Origin: Hydrurus foetidus
Lineage: Eukaryota
Assembly (NCBI GenBank): GCA_900617105.1
Contig: UYFQ01000134.1
Coordinates: 1-64,000, forward strand
Direction: 5' to 3'
Length of the DNA stretch: 64,000 bases
Shown: positions 1 through 10,356 of the stretch, in pieces
Position numbering within the stretch: the first letter of the stretch is position 1
How the letters are laid out: each line of letters opens with the position of its first letter
The notes under the pieces: generated by a model
Seen by the model: only the letters and a program-made list of their open reading frames with translations
Databases searched by the model: none
What the model was told of the DNA's origin: nothing
Translations under genes and position numbers: made by a program

Positions 1-31
1 GGCAAGCGAGCTGCGTGCCGTTGGAAGAGCC

Positions 32-3000
32 GTGCTGGACACCGCGAACTACTCGGAGGATTTTATTTCTTTTACGATGTTAGAAAAATTAAATGCCACT
101 CACCTTTGTTACCCCGCTCCTACAGCTATCACTGTTTGTAGCGGCCTCGATGGTCAATGTTATGTAAATAACGAAATTTGCGATTTAAAAATCCTTTTTC
201 ATTCTTACGATGGCGAATGCCAGAGCATCAGCTTACCCATGAGGGTTAATAGAAAAACCGAAATTGAAATTTTGTTTAGCCGTAAGACGGTAAATAAGTA
301 TGATTTTGGTCTTTGACTCCGTTTGCTTTCGGCATATCGCCAGAACTTAGCGCGGAGAACAAAAGAAAAGCGATGCGCGCAAACGCGACTTCGATAAGAA
401 GGAAGCTTTGTTGAAACTTGATCCCATGTATCAACATAAGTATACGCGTCAAATGATAGCGTTGGGTGCCGAACCAGATACAGCTGAAGTCGAGTCTATC
501 ACGCCTCATTATGACAAGTTGAAATATCCAGGCGGTAAACCTGCCTCTAAAAGAGGGTTACATATGGATACAAGAGTACCCATATAAGAAGAGCGTTTTG
601 CTTGGTCAATCTTCTTCGAAGAGCAACGTCTCCTGTGTCCATTCAATGTCGACATGTAACGATACCCAAAAGGATATTGAGGGAGTAGCTACCCAAAATT
701 CCTGTGGTGATGTAAGTTGTGAGCGACTGAATAGTGTCACTACTATTCTCGCAAAACGTACGGGTGATACACCGCACCTAGGTGGCGACCAGATTCCCAC
801 CCTTACACATACCTTTGGGGATTCTGATACCCCCGACTATGTCACTGAGCCTTTATGGCCCAGTGGTGTCGCACTCTCAGTTGACGAGATTGACGATGGC
901 AAGATAGACACGTTCGCACCCTTCTTAGCTGAGAAGCCTAGTCAAGATGACTTGCCCAAGGGGCCAGAGGATTTCCTCAACGAGATTACCTTTGAGGGAG
1001 ATGAAAGCTTTCAGAGGAAGCTCCGAGAGCTCTGTTCTGAATATTCAGACATCTTTAGTGATCAGTTAGCTGAGAAACCAGCGTCACTCAAACCTTTTGA
1101 GATTAACATCCCCTTGAGTTGTGGGAAAAAGACGAAAACCGTACGCCGGTACGTCCCCAGTCATCGACTAAGGAGGTTGCTCTTAAGGAGAATCTCGATG
1201 AGATGCTTGCGTCGGGAGTTATAGAGCGGTCAGATGCTGCTTATTACAGTCATCCTGTAATCGTAACTAAGTCACCCGGTAAATTTCGAACCTGCATCGA
1301 TTACCGGCCACTTAATAAGTGCCTGACTCCCGCCTCTTTTCCCCTGCCGAATATCAAACATCTTTTTGAGAGGATCGGTAATAAAAACCGGATATTTTGG
1401 TGTGATGGATTTAACCGCGGGTTACCATCAAGCACCGTTACACCCCGCACACCGCATATTCACAGCGTTTATATGCTTTGCGGGGTTTTTCAGTTCACGA
1501 GACTGCCCTTTGGTCCGTGTCGTGCCCCTCTTACTTTCAAGAGCAGATGGTAACGGCGGTCCTCTATGGCCTTATCTATCATTGTTGTGAGATGTATCTC
1601 GACGATTGCATAGTATATGGCAAGGGTGAAGCAGAGTTTCTTAAGAACTTGAATAAAGTCTTTGAAAGATTCAGACTTAAGGGTCTTAGACTCAAGGCAA
1701 AAAATGCCGCTTTGGTCTACCTCGTATTGAATACGTTGGCAGAGTGGTTGACAAAGATGGTTTATCCATGTCAAAAGAGAAAATAGAAACAGTGTTAAAC
1801 TTTTCTATACCTAAGAACTTAACTATGTTAAGATCATTCTTAGGATTGGCGAACTATTTTCGACAGTTTGTACCTATGCATTCGACTTTGGTTAAACCAA
1901 TGCAAGATATGATAGATCATTCTGCACCGAAACGTTCGGCCGTTGTATGGACTCAAACAAGTACCAACAGCTTTCACGATACACAGATCGCGATATCTCG
2001 TTGTCCATTAATGTACTTCATTGATGACAATAAATTGGATATCCGATTATATACAGACGCGTCTGATTTTGGAATCGGCGGTGTCCTTTTCCAAGTGGTT
2101 GATACCATTTGGCAACCAATAGCTTTATAAGCAAATCATTGACACCAACACAAATAAGGTGGTCAACTATACAGAAAGAAGCGTATGCTATATTCTACTG
2201 TTGTACACAACTCGATTACCTAATCAGAGATCGTACATTCACAATCTATACTGATCATTTGAATATCACGTATATGAAACAAAACCCTACCTCAATGGTA
2301 GCAAGATGGTTCATTGCTATGCAAGAACTTCACTTTACGGTTGTCTTCGTACCTGGCACGTCAAATGCCTTAGCCGACGCATTGTCGCGATTATGTCCTA
2401 ACTTGACAGAAATCGCATTACCGTTACGAACAACGGAATTGGAATTACTTCCAACTTCGTCGTCGTCGGTCACTGTGTCTGCTTTGACAGCTATTGACCC
2501 AGCGTCAGACGATCAGTTAGAATACATCCAAATGTGCCACAATGCGTTTGTTGGTCACAACGGTGTAGATCGTACCCTTACTCGGTTGTTCAGTCTACAA
2601 CAAGTTTGGAAAAACATGAAACAACATGTACGTACGTTCATACAGAACTGTCCGTGTTGTCAAAAGTTGAGCGCAAAAGATCCTAAGATCAATGCGTCTC
2701 ACTTTGCAACGTCGAATTATGCTATCTTTGATACGCTGAATGTTGACTATATCGGTCCATTCCCAGACAAAGGTTATATCCTTGTCATTATCGACACGTT
2801 CACACGTTGGACTGAACTATTTTGGTGTGCAAATGCAGACGCAAAATCAGCGGCCGACTGCCTACTCTCTCATTTTGGCCGTTTCGGCTCGCCAAACATG
2901 ATACGATCGGATCGAGGATCCCATTTCGCAAACGATTTAATTAAAGATTTTTTAGATCTTTGTGGTACGCCACATAATTTAACCCTCGCATACTCGAAAG

Positions 3001-3791
3001 AGGAAAATGCGATTGTTGAGAGAGTCAACAAAGAGGTAAATAGACACCTAAGAGGTCTTGTTTTTGATAAACAGACCCTTGAGGGATATGCCAAGTCAAT
3101 CCCATTCGTGCAACGCATCATTAACAGTTCAGTTAATAGACGCACTAAAGTTGCGCCCGCACATTTACTGTTCGGAAACAAGCTTGACTTGAATCGTGGT
3201 ATTTTAACACCACACTTAAGTGTGAATACACATTCTAGATCAACATACATTGAGGACTTGATCAGCGTTCAGGACAAGGTCCTTGATTCAGCTGTTCAAG
3301 CTTTGGTGTCAGCAGACGCTAAACACGCGGCATCAGCTAAGTGTGCGACAGTGTTCCCTATAGGGACATATGTTCTATGTCGTTACACGGATCGACCGCC
3401 TACTCGGTTACACACTACGTGGCATGGCCCGTACCGTGTTATCTCCTACAAAGGATCCGAGTATACCCTCGCTAACCTTATCACACACAAAGAGCGAAGG
3501 GTACATATTAAAAATTTAAAAATTTTTAATTATGATTCAGAGGTCGATGTACCTACTGACACTGCTCGTCGTGACTACATGGAATTTGTAGTGGAAAAGG
3601 TTCTTAGTCACTCCGGTGACAAAAAGAAGCCTACGACAATGTCATTCAAAGTCAAATGGCTTAATTATGATGACACTCATAATTCATGGGAGCCGTGGAA
3701 AAACCTACGGCTTTGTGAAGCACTCCATGAATACTTGAGGGACAATAAAATGAAACATTTTATCCCCAAGAATCTTGAGGCATCAGTCTAA
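32..3791 (+). pseudogene. Gypsy-1 pol polyprotein, broken by several frameshifts
   Basis: Protease-like LDTAN. RT motifs CIDYRPLN, DLTAGYHQ, LPFG, YLDD. RNase H YTDASDFG and TDH. Integrase H..H/C..C, DYIG, SDRG, VERVN. Chromodomain VKWLNY..SWEP. Spread over ORFs 32-316, 598-1224, 1119-1553, 1366-1590, 1478-1786, 1744-2130 and 2109-3791. Confidence 0.92.
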
Positions 3792-3801
3792 GAAGACTGA
3801 T

Positions 3802-3897
3802 CTCGAACGTATTATCTTTTGAAGATTTTTCCTAATTTTCCTCGATGGAGGTTTTATGGTTTTAGTCAGTAAAAATCTGACATAATTACGTATCGAG
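3802..3897 (+). other. Predicted structured RNA element in the Gypsy-1 3' UTR
   Basis: Closing stem plus three hairpins. The 26-nt block 3861-3886 matches 35696-35721 in Gypsy-2 at 25/26 positions. Confidence 0.6.
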
Positions 3898-4088
3898 GCC
3901 TCGGGCACACGTACTTACGTACTTGGCACCACTTTTCTCGTCGACCGACCCACCACAGTTTACATTTTGTAAATATTCTTTATTATATTTTTCATTTTAG
4001 TTTTCGTAAAATTTTCTTTTCCTTTCTTAGTTATTATTAGTTATTATATTTTTAAACGTGGTGGTCGCGTCATAGATTAGATTTCTCC

Positions 4089-4111
4089 AAAAAAGAGATA
4101 AGTGGGGGAAA
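4089..4111 (+). promoter_or_regulatory. Polypurine tract of Gypsy-1
   Basis: AAAAAAGAGATAAGTGGGGGAAA immediately before TGTGG. Confidence 0.8.
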
Positions 4112-4280
4112 TGTGGTCGTACCGGGTATACCGGGCCTACGGGCCGTACCGGACCTTGTCACGATCCACCCGATCCTTCCGCCTACAGTACATATACAGC
4201 CCTACCACGACTAGCTAGCTAGCTGCAGGCTACTCGTAGAAGTTACCTAGCTTCTAGCATAGCTGTAAACCTAAGCATCA
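4112..4280 (+). repeat. 3' LTR of Gypsy-1 (end inferred)
   Basis: Starts with TG right after the PPT. Putative CA end at 4280, where the minus-strand ORF 4271-5266 runs into it. No second LTR in the window to confirm the end. Confidence 0.6.
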
Positions 4281-5709
4281 CCTACTCGTCTACCCGTCTT
4301 CTTTCCATCAGGACTACACTTGTCTACTCTTCTTATTGGTACTTCACCGATATGAGAACCTAGTCTTTCCACAATGTGGGTCTCAGATGTTCTGCCAAAG
4401 TAGGGCTCTGACCTTTCCACATTTAGTCCATTATTCAGAATCCAAGACAAAACACGTAAAGGAGAACAATTGACCTTGTTGGAGTGTCCTGCTCGGGTAA
4501 TACCACTATGTATCCGGACTGTTTCTGTCTTGAAGTCCTTACCATCAACAAGTCCGCACACTTTATCAGTATATCTATTGATAGAATCCTCGGGAGTGAG
4601 AGCGCAAAGAATCTCTTCATTGATATCGAGGATAGAAAGGTCTGCCCCTGCCTCACCCCACAGTGGTGCCCATGACTTAACATATCGGCCAATGTTAGTG
4701 CGTCCCCATATAAATCCAATCAGCTCGAATTCTAGGCCTTTTCTGAAGAACATTTTGGTGATAATGCTTTTCTCAAATTCTGTTATATTACCATCTTTCA
4801 CGTGAACAACTGTTACAACATCAGGCCAGATGCACCTGTGGTAGGTTGTAAACTGAGTGTAGTTTATAAAACCCAACCAGTACGGCACAAATCGAGGATT
4901 ATTTTCATACCAAATAGGACAGACGATATTTGATCGAGTTATTGACTGAGATACTATTCTCCTCATTTCAGCCAACTCAACAATTGCTTCTTTATTCTTT
5001 TCCCTCAGTAAGTCATTCTTCTCACTCTCCGCTTCGAGCTGTCTCTTCAGTGATTTGTTATCTCTTTCTGACTTCTTGAATAATTTACGTGCAGTTTCAT
5101 TCATATCAGCAACAGTAGATGCATATTCGTTTTTTTTCTTATTGTTTGTTCTTTTAGTTTTTCTGTAACCAGAGCTCGTTCCTCGTATAGTAACTCTGCA
5201 CTCATAAAAGTCGATCGCTGCTGTACCGATGACAGCCGAAGGAGATTCGGTGCATCTTGTGCGCATTTCTCACCAGCAGATGTTGATAAAGACAGTCTTA
5301 TCCCAAGAGGAACAGGTCGTTCACCAGAAGCCATCATGATGATCTGCTGATCGATAAATCTGGTGTTCAGGTAATCGTTGTAACTGACAAATGTGGCCGA
5401 GGAAACATTGATGAAATAGGTTGTCGGAGTACAGCTATCACCCTGGATCTTATCATGTACTGTAAGATCTATCTCTTTACCAAGTGCCAAACTGAGAGTG
5501 CGGGGAAACATCATTTTTGCGACTTTCAGCCGATTTTCACGATGCAACTCAAGCACTGCAGGATGCCAAAGACTGAAAGCAATATATGCATCAGAGTTAT
5601 CCTTCAATCCCTGCAACCGTAGATGGCTAATGATTGATGATCTGTAGACGTTGTAATCTACTGAGCCAGAGCTCGAATTCACCGTGAATTTTTTTGCAAT
5701 GCATGTCAA
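4271..5709 (-). pseudogene. Unknown protein, probably TE-associated; frameshifted and apparently truncated by the Gypsy-1 LTR
   Basis: ORFs 5101-5709 and 4271-5266 overlap at a homopolymer run near 5130 and include a coiled-coil-like segment. The stop codon falls inside the inferred LTR. Confidence 0.45.
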
Positions 5710-6342
5710 ACCAACCCTTCGTTTTATGGTAAAAAATTTATGTCAGCGAACATTCAAATCGCAACACGAAAAGGTGCTCTGGAGTCGACATCTCACATGT
5801 AATGTTGTTCCAAATCAGCCAGACGCTTTTGAAGCTCATTGCAGGCCTCAGAATTAGTGCAACAGCAGCTTCTACCCATCAAACTATTTCCCAGAGATGA
5901 AATCGGACAACTCGCTTTGCAAATTAGATACAGCGAAATTGATTTCGGCTTTGGAGCAAATGATACTAGAGATCAGTTGGCACTCGAAAATGTTCGAGGC
6001 AGAGAAGGAAGTGCAGAATTGTAATTGTACGAGCTGTTGATGTGTGAATGAATGTGAATGTGAGGTGTGTCAATGTTGGAGTCGGGGGATAATAACAGTC
6101 CCGGTACAGTCATGGCGCGTGTGAGTGGCTTATTGTGGTTTCACTTTTGACTTTTGATTGGCAGCACTCCCCCTAGCCCCGGGAGCGAACAACCAGGCCA
6201 ATGTTCTGGGTTCCAGGCCAAATGGCCAGGCCAAAATTTTAGTTCTTGATTAACTCATATCCGAGCCCACAATCTTTACTTGTCAGACAACTTCCTCAGT
6301 TCTCTCACTTTACTATAGAGCGTTCTTTCAATTTCTTCTATC

Positions 6343-6900
6343 ATGGAGATCTCTGAAGCCGCCGTTCCGATGGATGAAACAGATATCGGTATCTCTCAAT
6401 TCGAGGAGGCCAAAAAAAGAATTATCGATGCTCTACAATTGTTTACTGAAAGCAAAACTCTGCTTACTCGATCGCCATGTACCATTTTTCACGGATGCGA
6501 ACTTGATAAGATCAGTGAAAACAATATGAAGACTGTTCAAAATTTATTCTTGCACTTGTGCAACACGCAAGACCAGAGGAGGTGGTCAACAAAAAGCGGT
6601 TACACTTCGAAGGATGACGTCCGTGCCTATCGACGAGTGTGTTCTCGATCAGGGACTCAGGTTATCAAATTGATACATCGCAACGGAAGAACATCTTCTA
6701 AATGCAAATGGAAAGCATCATGGCTAGCAGTCTACCTAGAAGTCTACGGAGTTTATGTATACCTAGAGACGGAATCGGGTCCAAGATCCCTAGGACCCGA
6801 GACGGTTACAGAAGTGGCTACGGCTTCTGTGGCCGTGATAGCCGTGATAGCCATGATGGCAGTGATGGCTGTGGTGACGGTCGCCGTTGCTCCACTTTGA
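6343..6900 (+). CDS. FAR1/WRKY-GCM1-like DNA-binding domain fragment (Mutator-type transposase N-terminus), truncated
   Basis: RRVCSRSG...RTSSKCKWKA resembles the FAR1 CSRxG...RxSxxCxCxA pattern. The C-terminus runs into a low-complexity 9-bp repeat. Confidence 0.45.
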   Translation: MEISEAAVPMDETDIGISQFEEAKKRIIDALQLFTESKTLLTRSPCTIFHGCELDKISENNMKTVQNLFLHLCNTQDQRRWSTKSGYTSKDDVRAYRRVCSRSGTQVIKLIHRNGRTSSKCKWKASWLAVYLEVYGVYVYLETESGPRSLGPETVTEVATASVAVIAVIAMMAVMAVVTVAVAPL

Positions 6901-6934
6901 CGACCACGGCCATGTAGATACAGTATCATGTATA

Positions 6935-7372
6935 CCGTCCGGTGCCCTATTATTTGTTCATTTTGTGGTATTACGATTTCAAGATTCACTTTTTACACTC
7001 AAAATGACTAAAACGGAAATTTTACCGAAAAATTTATCTCCATCGCGTCAGTGTTTTATCAAAATCTGATCACAGATTCGGATTCAAAACACTTTTTAAA
7101 GCTAGACTGCTTATTCAGATATTTTCTAACATTTCCACACTTTCGAATATTTTGATCCCCCGGTACCGAGAAGTCAAAAAATCACACTTTAATGAAACAT
7201 GAGAAAAAAACTAGAAATATTTCGCAACAACTGTCATAAGTTCAATTTGCAGCGGCTCCTCATTAGTTTGTATCTCGACAGCTCCCTAAAGCGGCATCAT
7301 AATTGCGCTCAGGAAGTTCAAAAATGATGATATTTCGGAAATAGAAGATACAAATAATAGGGCACCGGACGG
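6935..7372. mobile_element. Tc1/mariner-type MITE
   Basis: TIR CCGTCCGGTGCCCTATTATTTGT at both ends, TA at 6933-6934 and 7373-7374, non-coding. Confidence 0.85.
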
Positions 7373-8088
7373 TATGGTCACACCCCAGTGCTGCCAACAA
7401 TGTGGTGGGGTCGGAAATGTGGTGGGTTCTCTCAAAGTGCCCCATTCTGAACCCCCATACATATATTTCTCAAAAACTGAATATTTTGTTCGTGTAATTA
7501 GATAGCTGTGATCCCATTTCCAAAATCAAATTTATTCGAAACAAACTTTGAAATGCAGATATTCCCTTAGGAAATACATCGCTGTTTTTTTACTTGATTC
7601 TGGCTGCATTCTTAAGGTAAGTTAGATATCTTATCGTGTCAGAAATGGTCGAATTAGTGGGTACGTGAGAGGATTTGACCTAAAACGGAACGATTCAAGA
7701 GATAAAAACGTTTACAGAGACATTTTACAGTGTTTTCCCCGAAAAATAACGTAAATTCACGGTCCGGAATCCATGAAAACACCGTAAATTGTCTCTATAA
7801 ACGTTTTATCTCTTGAATCGTTCCGTTTTAGGTCAAATCCTCTCACGAACCCACTAATTCGACCATTTCTGACACGATAAGAGCCCGTTCGATGATTTCC
7901 GTGAGAAATCTGATAGTGGCGAAAAACGGCTGTTCAATTTTGCAATGAGTGAACCCGAATTCCAGTGAAATTTCATGGAATTGTCGAACGTAACGACGAT
8001 CAGAATAGTGATATCTCATCGCTTCGTACAGACGACTGACCACACTACCACCATATATCAATTCTAGCAGTAACGTTCGGAGCACAAA

Positions 8089-8905
8089 ATGGAAGAGGAC
8101 GGGCTAACAGTCGTAGCATTCTCGTTCTAGTTTAATTCTCGTTCGACCAAAGGAAGGAGATCCTGTTCAACCTGAAATCGCAAGGGATCCTACTCTCAGT
8201 CCGTTCTTCGACAATTGTATTGGAGCCATCGATGGTGTTCACATTTTAGTTTTCGTTCCAGCATCTGAACATAAAGTTTTTCGCGACAGGAAGAAGCAGT
8301 TATCACAGAATGTCCTCGGAGCTGTCAGCTTCGATATGACATTTAGCTACATTCTGGCAGGCTGGGAGGGATCTGCACATGACGGCCGTGTCTTGGAGGA
8401 TGCAAAGGCAAAAGGGTTTCCCCAAATAGCTGGCAAGTTCTTCCTGGGTGACGCCGGTTATGCGTTGAAGTCGGATTGTCTGACTCCTTTCCGTGGCGTG
8501 AGGTACCATCAGAAAGAATTTCGTACCGGTAATGCTGGTGGCCCAAGGGACGCAAAAGAGCTGTTCAACCTGAAGCACTCATCTGCTCGTAACGTGATAG
8601 AAAGATCTTTTGCGGTATTGAGAAGGCGCTTTCCTATCCTTCTGACGATGCCTTCTTTTAATTTTCCATTTCAATGTGTACTCGTAAACTGTTGTTTTTT
8701 AATACACAACTTCATCCGACGTAACCAATTGTATGAGGACGACTTTTATGTCGATGACGATGTTGTTGATGCTAACAATGATGACGATAACTTAAACCCA
8801 GAAGTAGAATTGGCGGGTCCTGCAGGTCAAGTGCTAAAACAGTGGCGCGTTGATATTGCAGATAGAATGTGGTTAGCTTACAATGAATATCTGGCACGCA
8901 ATTAA
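8089..8905 (+). pseudogene. Harbinger DDE transposase, N-terminally deleted
   Basis: FDNCIGAIDGVHI, GWEGSAHD, GDAGY and HSSARNVIERSF motifs. The ATG at 8089 is out of frame with the catalytic core and the N-terminal HTH region is missing. Confidence 0.85.
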
Positions 8906-8914
8906 GATCATTCT

Positions 8915-9862
8915 CTAAATTAAGATTTGACCGATGAGTCCGCTTTTTTCTACATCATTGCACATAAGGAAAATTTCAGCATTATTGTCTTTTCCTAAGA
9001 ATCGTTTGACGTTAATTTTTTCTAAAATAGATAGATCAACAGAAAATTTCTCATCAAAGATCTTAATTGCCTCAGGTAGTCTATCTAAGACTTTCTGCTG
9101 ATTATCGACAATATTACCGAGGAATCTTGTTATGCTTTGGACTGGTTTCTCCTTCAAATTCCTTGCTGCTTGTGCTGCTGGTTGCGCATTTCCTTTGACT
9201 GGATGATTCTTCTGCTGTGATACTCCTTCATCAGAATCAGATGAATCAGGCTCTGCGACATTGTTGAGTACTGCAAGATTTTCGATCGTATCAGCTTGAC
9301 TGGTGTCTTCATCCCCCTCGAATACATCAAAGCCCCTTTTCACTCCTGCTCCCGGTGTGGTAAGAGCAGCAGCAACAGCGACAGGATTTCCAACGGGATT
9401 TGGCGATGAAAAGTTTAACGCATACTTTCCAGTCGCCACTGTTCCTTCAAATATATCGTAGAGCTGTTCGTAGAACATGAGAGGCTTGAATTCATACTCT
9501 CTCGCTTTCGGATGCGCCTTAAAGTAATCGCGCAGCGCTTCTGCTTCCCCGGTGACCAACTTCGTGTGATTGTCGATACCAAAACCACTTTGCTTCACGA
9601 AAGTGTGATAAACACTGTACCCCGCTCTGAGCGACGAGTACTGATTTTGCAGCTGTTGCCTTGTCAGAGACATTTCGGTCCTTGTGTTGAAGTCGTTTGT
9701 GATAGAGTTCCACTTCTCACTTTTGAATTCGTTGTTGCAGGTAGATCCTGCTGAAACTTTTATCATCGCAATTATAAACTGATTGCGCATCGTGTTGCTC
9801 CATGTCACTGAAGGAACTCTTTCCTTTCCACTCTTGGCCAGCCTTTTAGTAATGTCCGCCAT
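8915..9862 (-). CDS. Harbinger Myb/SANT-like DNA-binding protein
   Basis: 315 aa, Trp-spaced N-terminal domain (VTWS...KWNSI...QLQNQY), SGFG and FYEQLYDIF motifs; lies inside the Harbinger TIRs. Confidence 0.9.
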   Translation of the reverse strand: MADITKRLAKSGKERVPSVTWSNTMRNQFIIAMIKVSAGSTCNNEFKSEKWNSITNDFNTRTEMSLTRQQLQNQYSSLRAGYSVYHTFVKQSGFGIDNHTKLVTGEAEALRDYFKAHPKAREYEFKPLMFYEQLYDIFEGTVATGKYALNFSSPNPVGNPVAVAAALTTPGAGVKRGFDVFEGDEDTSQADTIENLAVLNNVAEPDSSDSDEGVSQQKNHPVKGNAQPAAQAARNLKEKPVQSITRFLGNIVDNQQKVLDRLPEAIKIFDEKFSVDLSILEKINVKRFLGKDNNAEIFLMCNDVEKSGLIGQILI

Positions 9863-10356
9863 AGAAGAGTTGAAATATGGTGGAGTTAGTTACAGTCGCC
9901 ACTAGAAATCGCAGCAGATATCTTCGAAATTCCAAAAAGGCCGGAAAAGGTGATTTTCTGAAACTAGCCATTATGATGTGTGGCTAGTATATTCATCTAC
10001 TTCTTCACTGTATCGAACGCATCTCAAAGTAGTTAATCCTGCGGCTGGATTTTGGAGGAAAAAACTCGGATTTCCAGTGGATTTTGCGTCATCGAACGGG
10101 CTCTAAGATATCTAACTTACCTTGAGAATGCAGCCAGAATCAAGTAAAAAAACAGCGATGTATTTCCTAAGGGAATATCTGCATTTCAAAGTTTGTTTCG
10201 AATAAATTTGATTTTGGAAATGGGATCACAGCTATCTAATTACACGAACAAAATATTCAGTTTTTGAGAAATATATGTATGGGGGTTCAGAATGGGGCAC
10301 TTTGAGAGAACCCACCACATTTCCGACCCCACCACATTGTTGGCAGCACTGGCACC

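Larger units (their letters stand above)
1..4280 (+). mobile_element. Ty3/Gypsy chromodomain LTR retrotransposon (Gypsy-1); 5' part lies outside the window
   Basis: PR-RT-RNaseH-IN-chromodomain order, then a polypurine tract and a TG-starting LTR-like segment. The right boundary is approximate. Confidence 0.93.
7881..10103. mobile_element. PIF/Harbinger transposon
   Basis: 15-bp TIR GAGCCCGTTCGATGA, TAA target duplication (7878-7880, 10104-10106), convergent transposase and Myb/SANT genes. Confidence 0.95.
7385..10352. mobile_element. Foldback non-autonomous element with CCAGTG termini (~742 bp), interrupted by a Harbinger
   Basis: ~350-bp inverted arms (7385-~7738 vs ~7775-7880 plus 10107-10352) around a short spacer. 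CACC direct repeat at 7381-7384 and 10353-10356. Confidence 0.88.
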
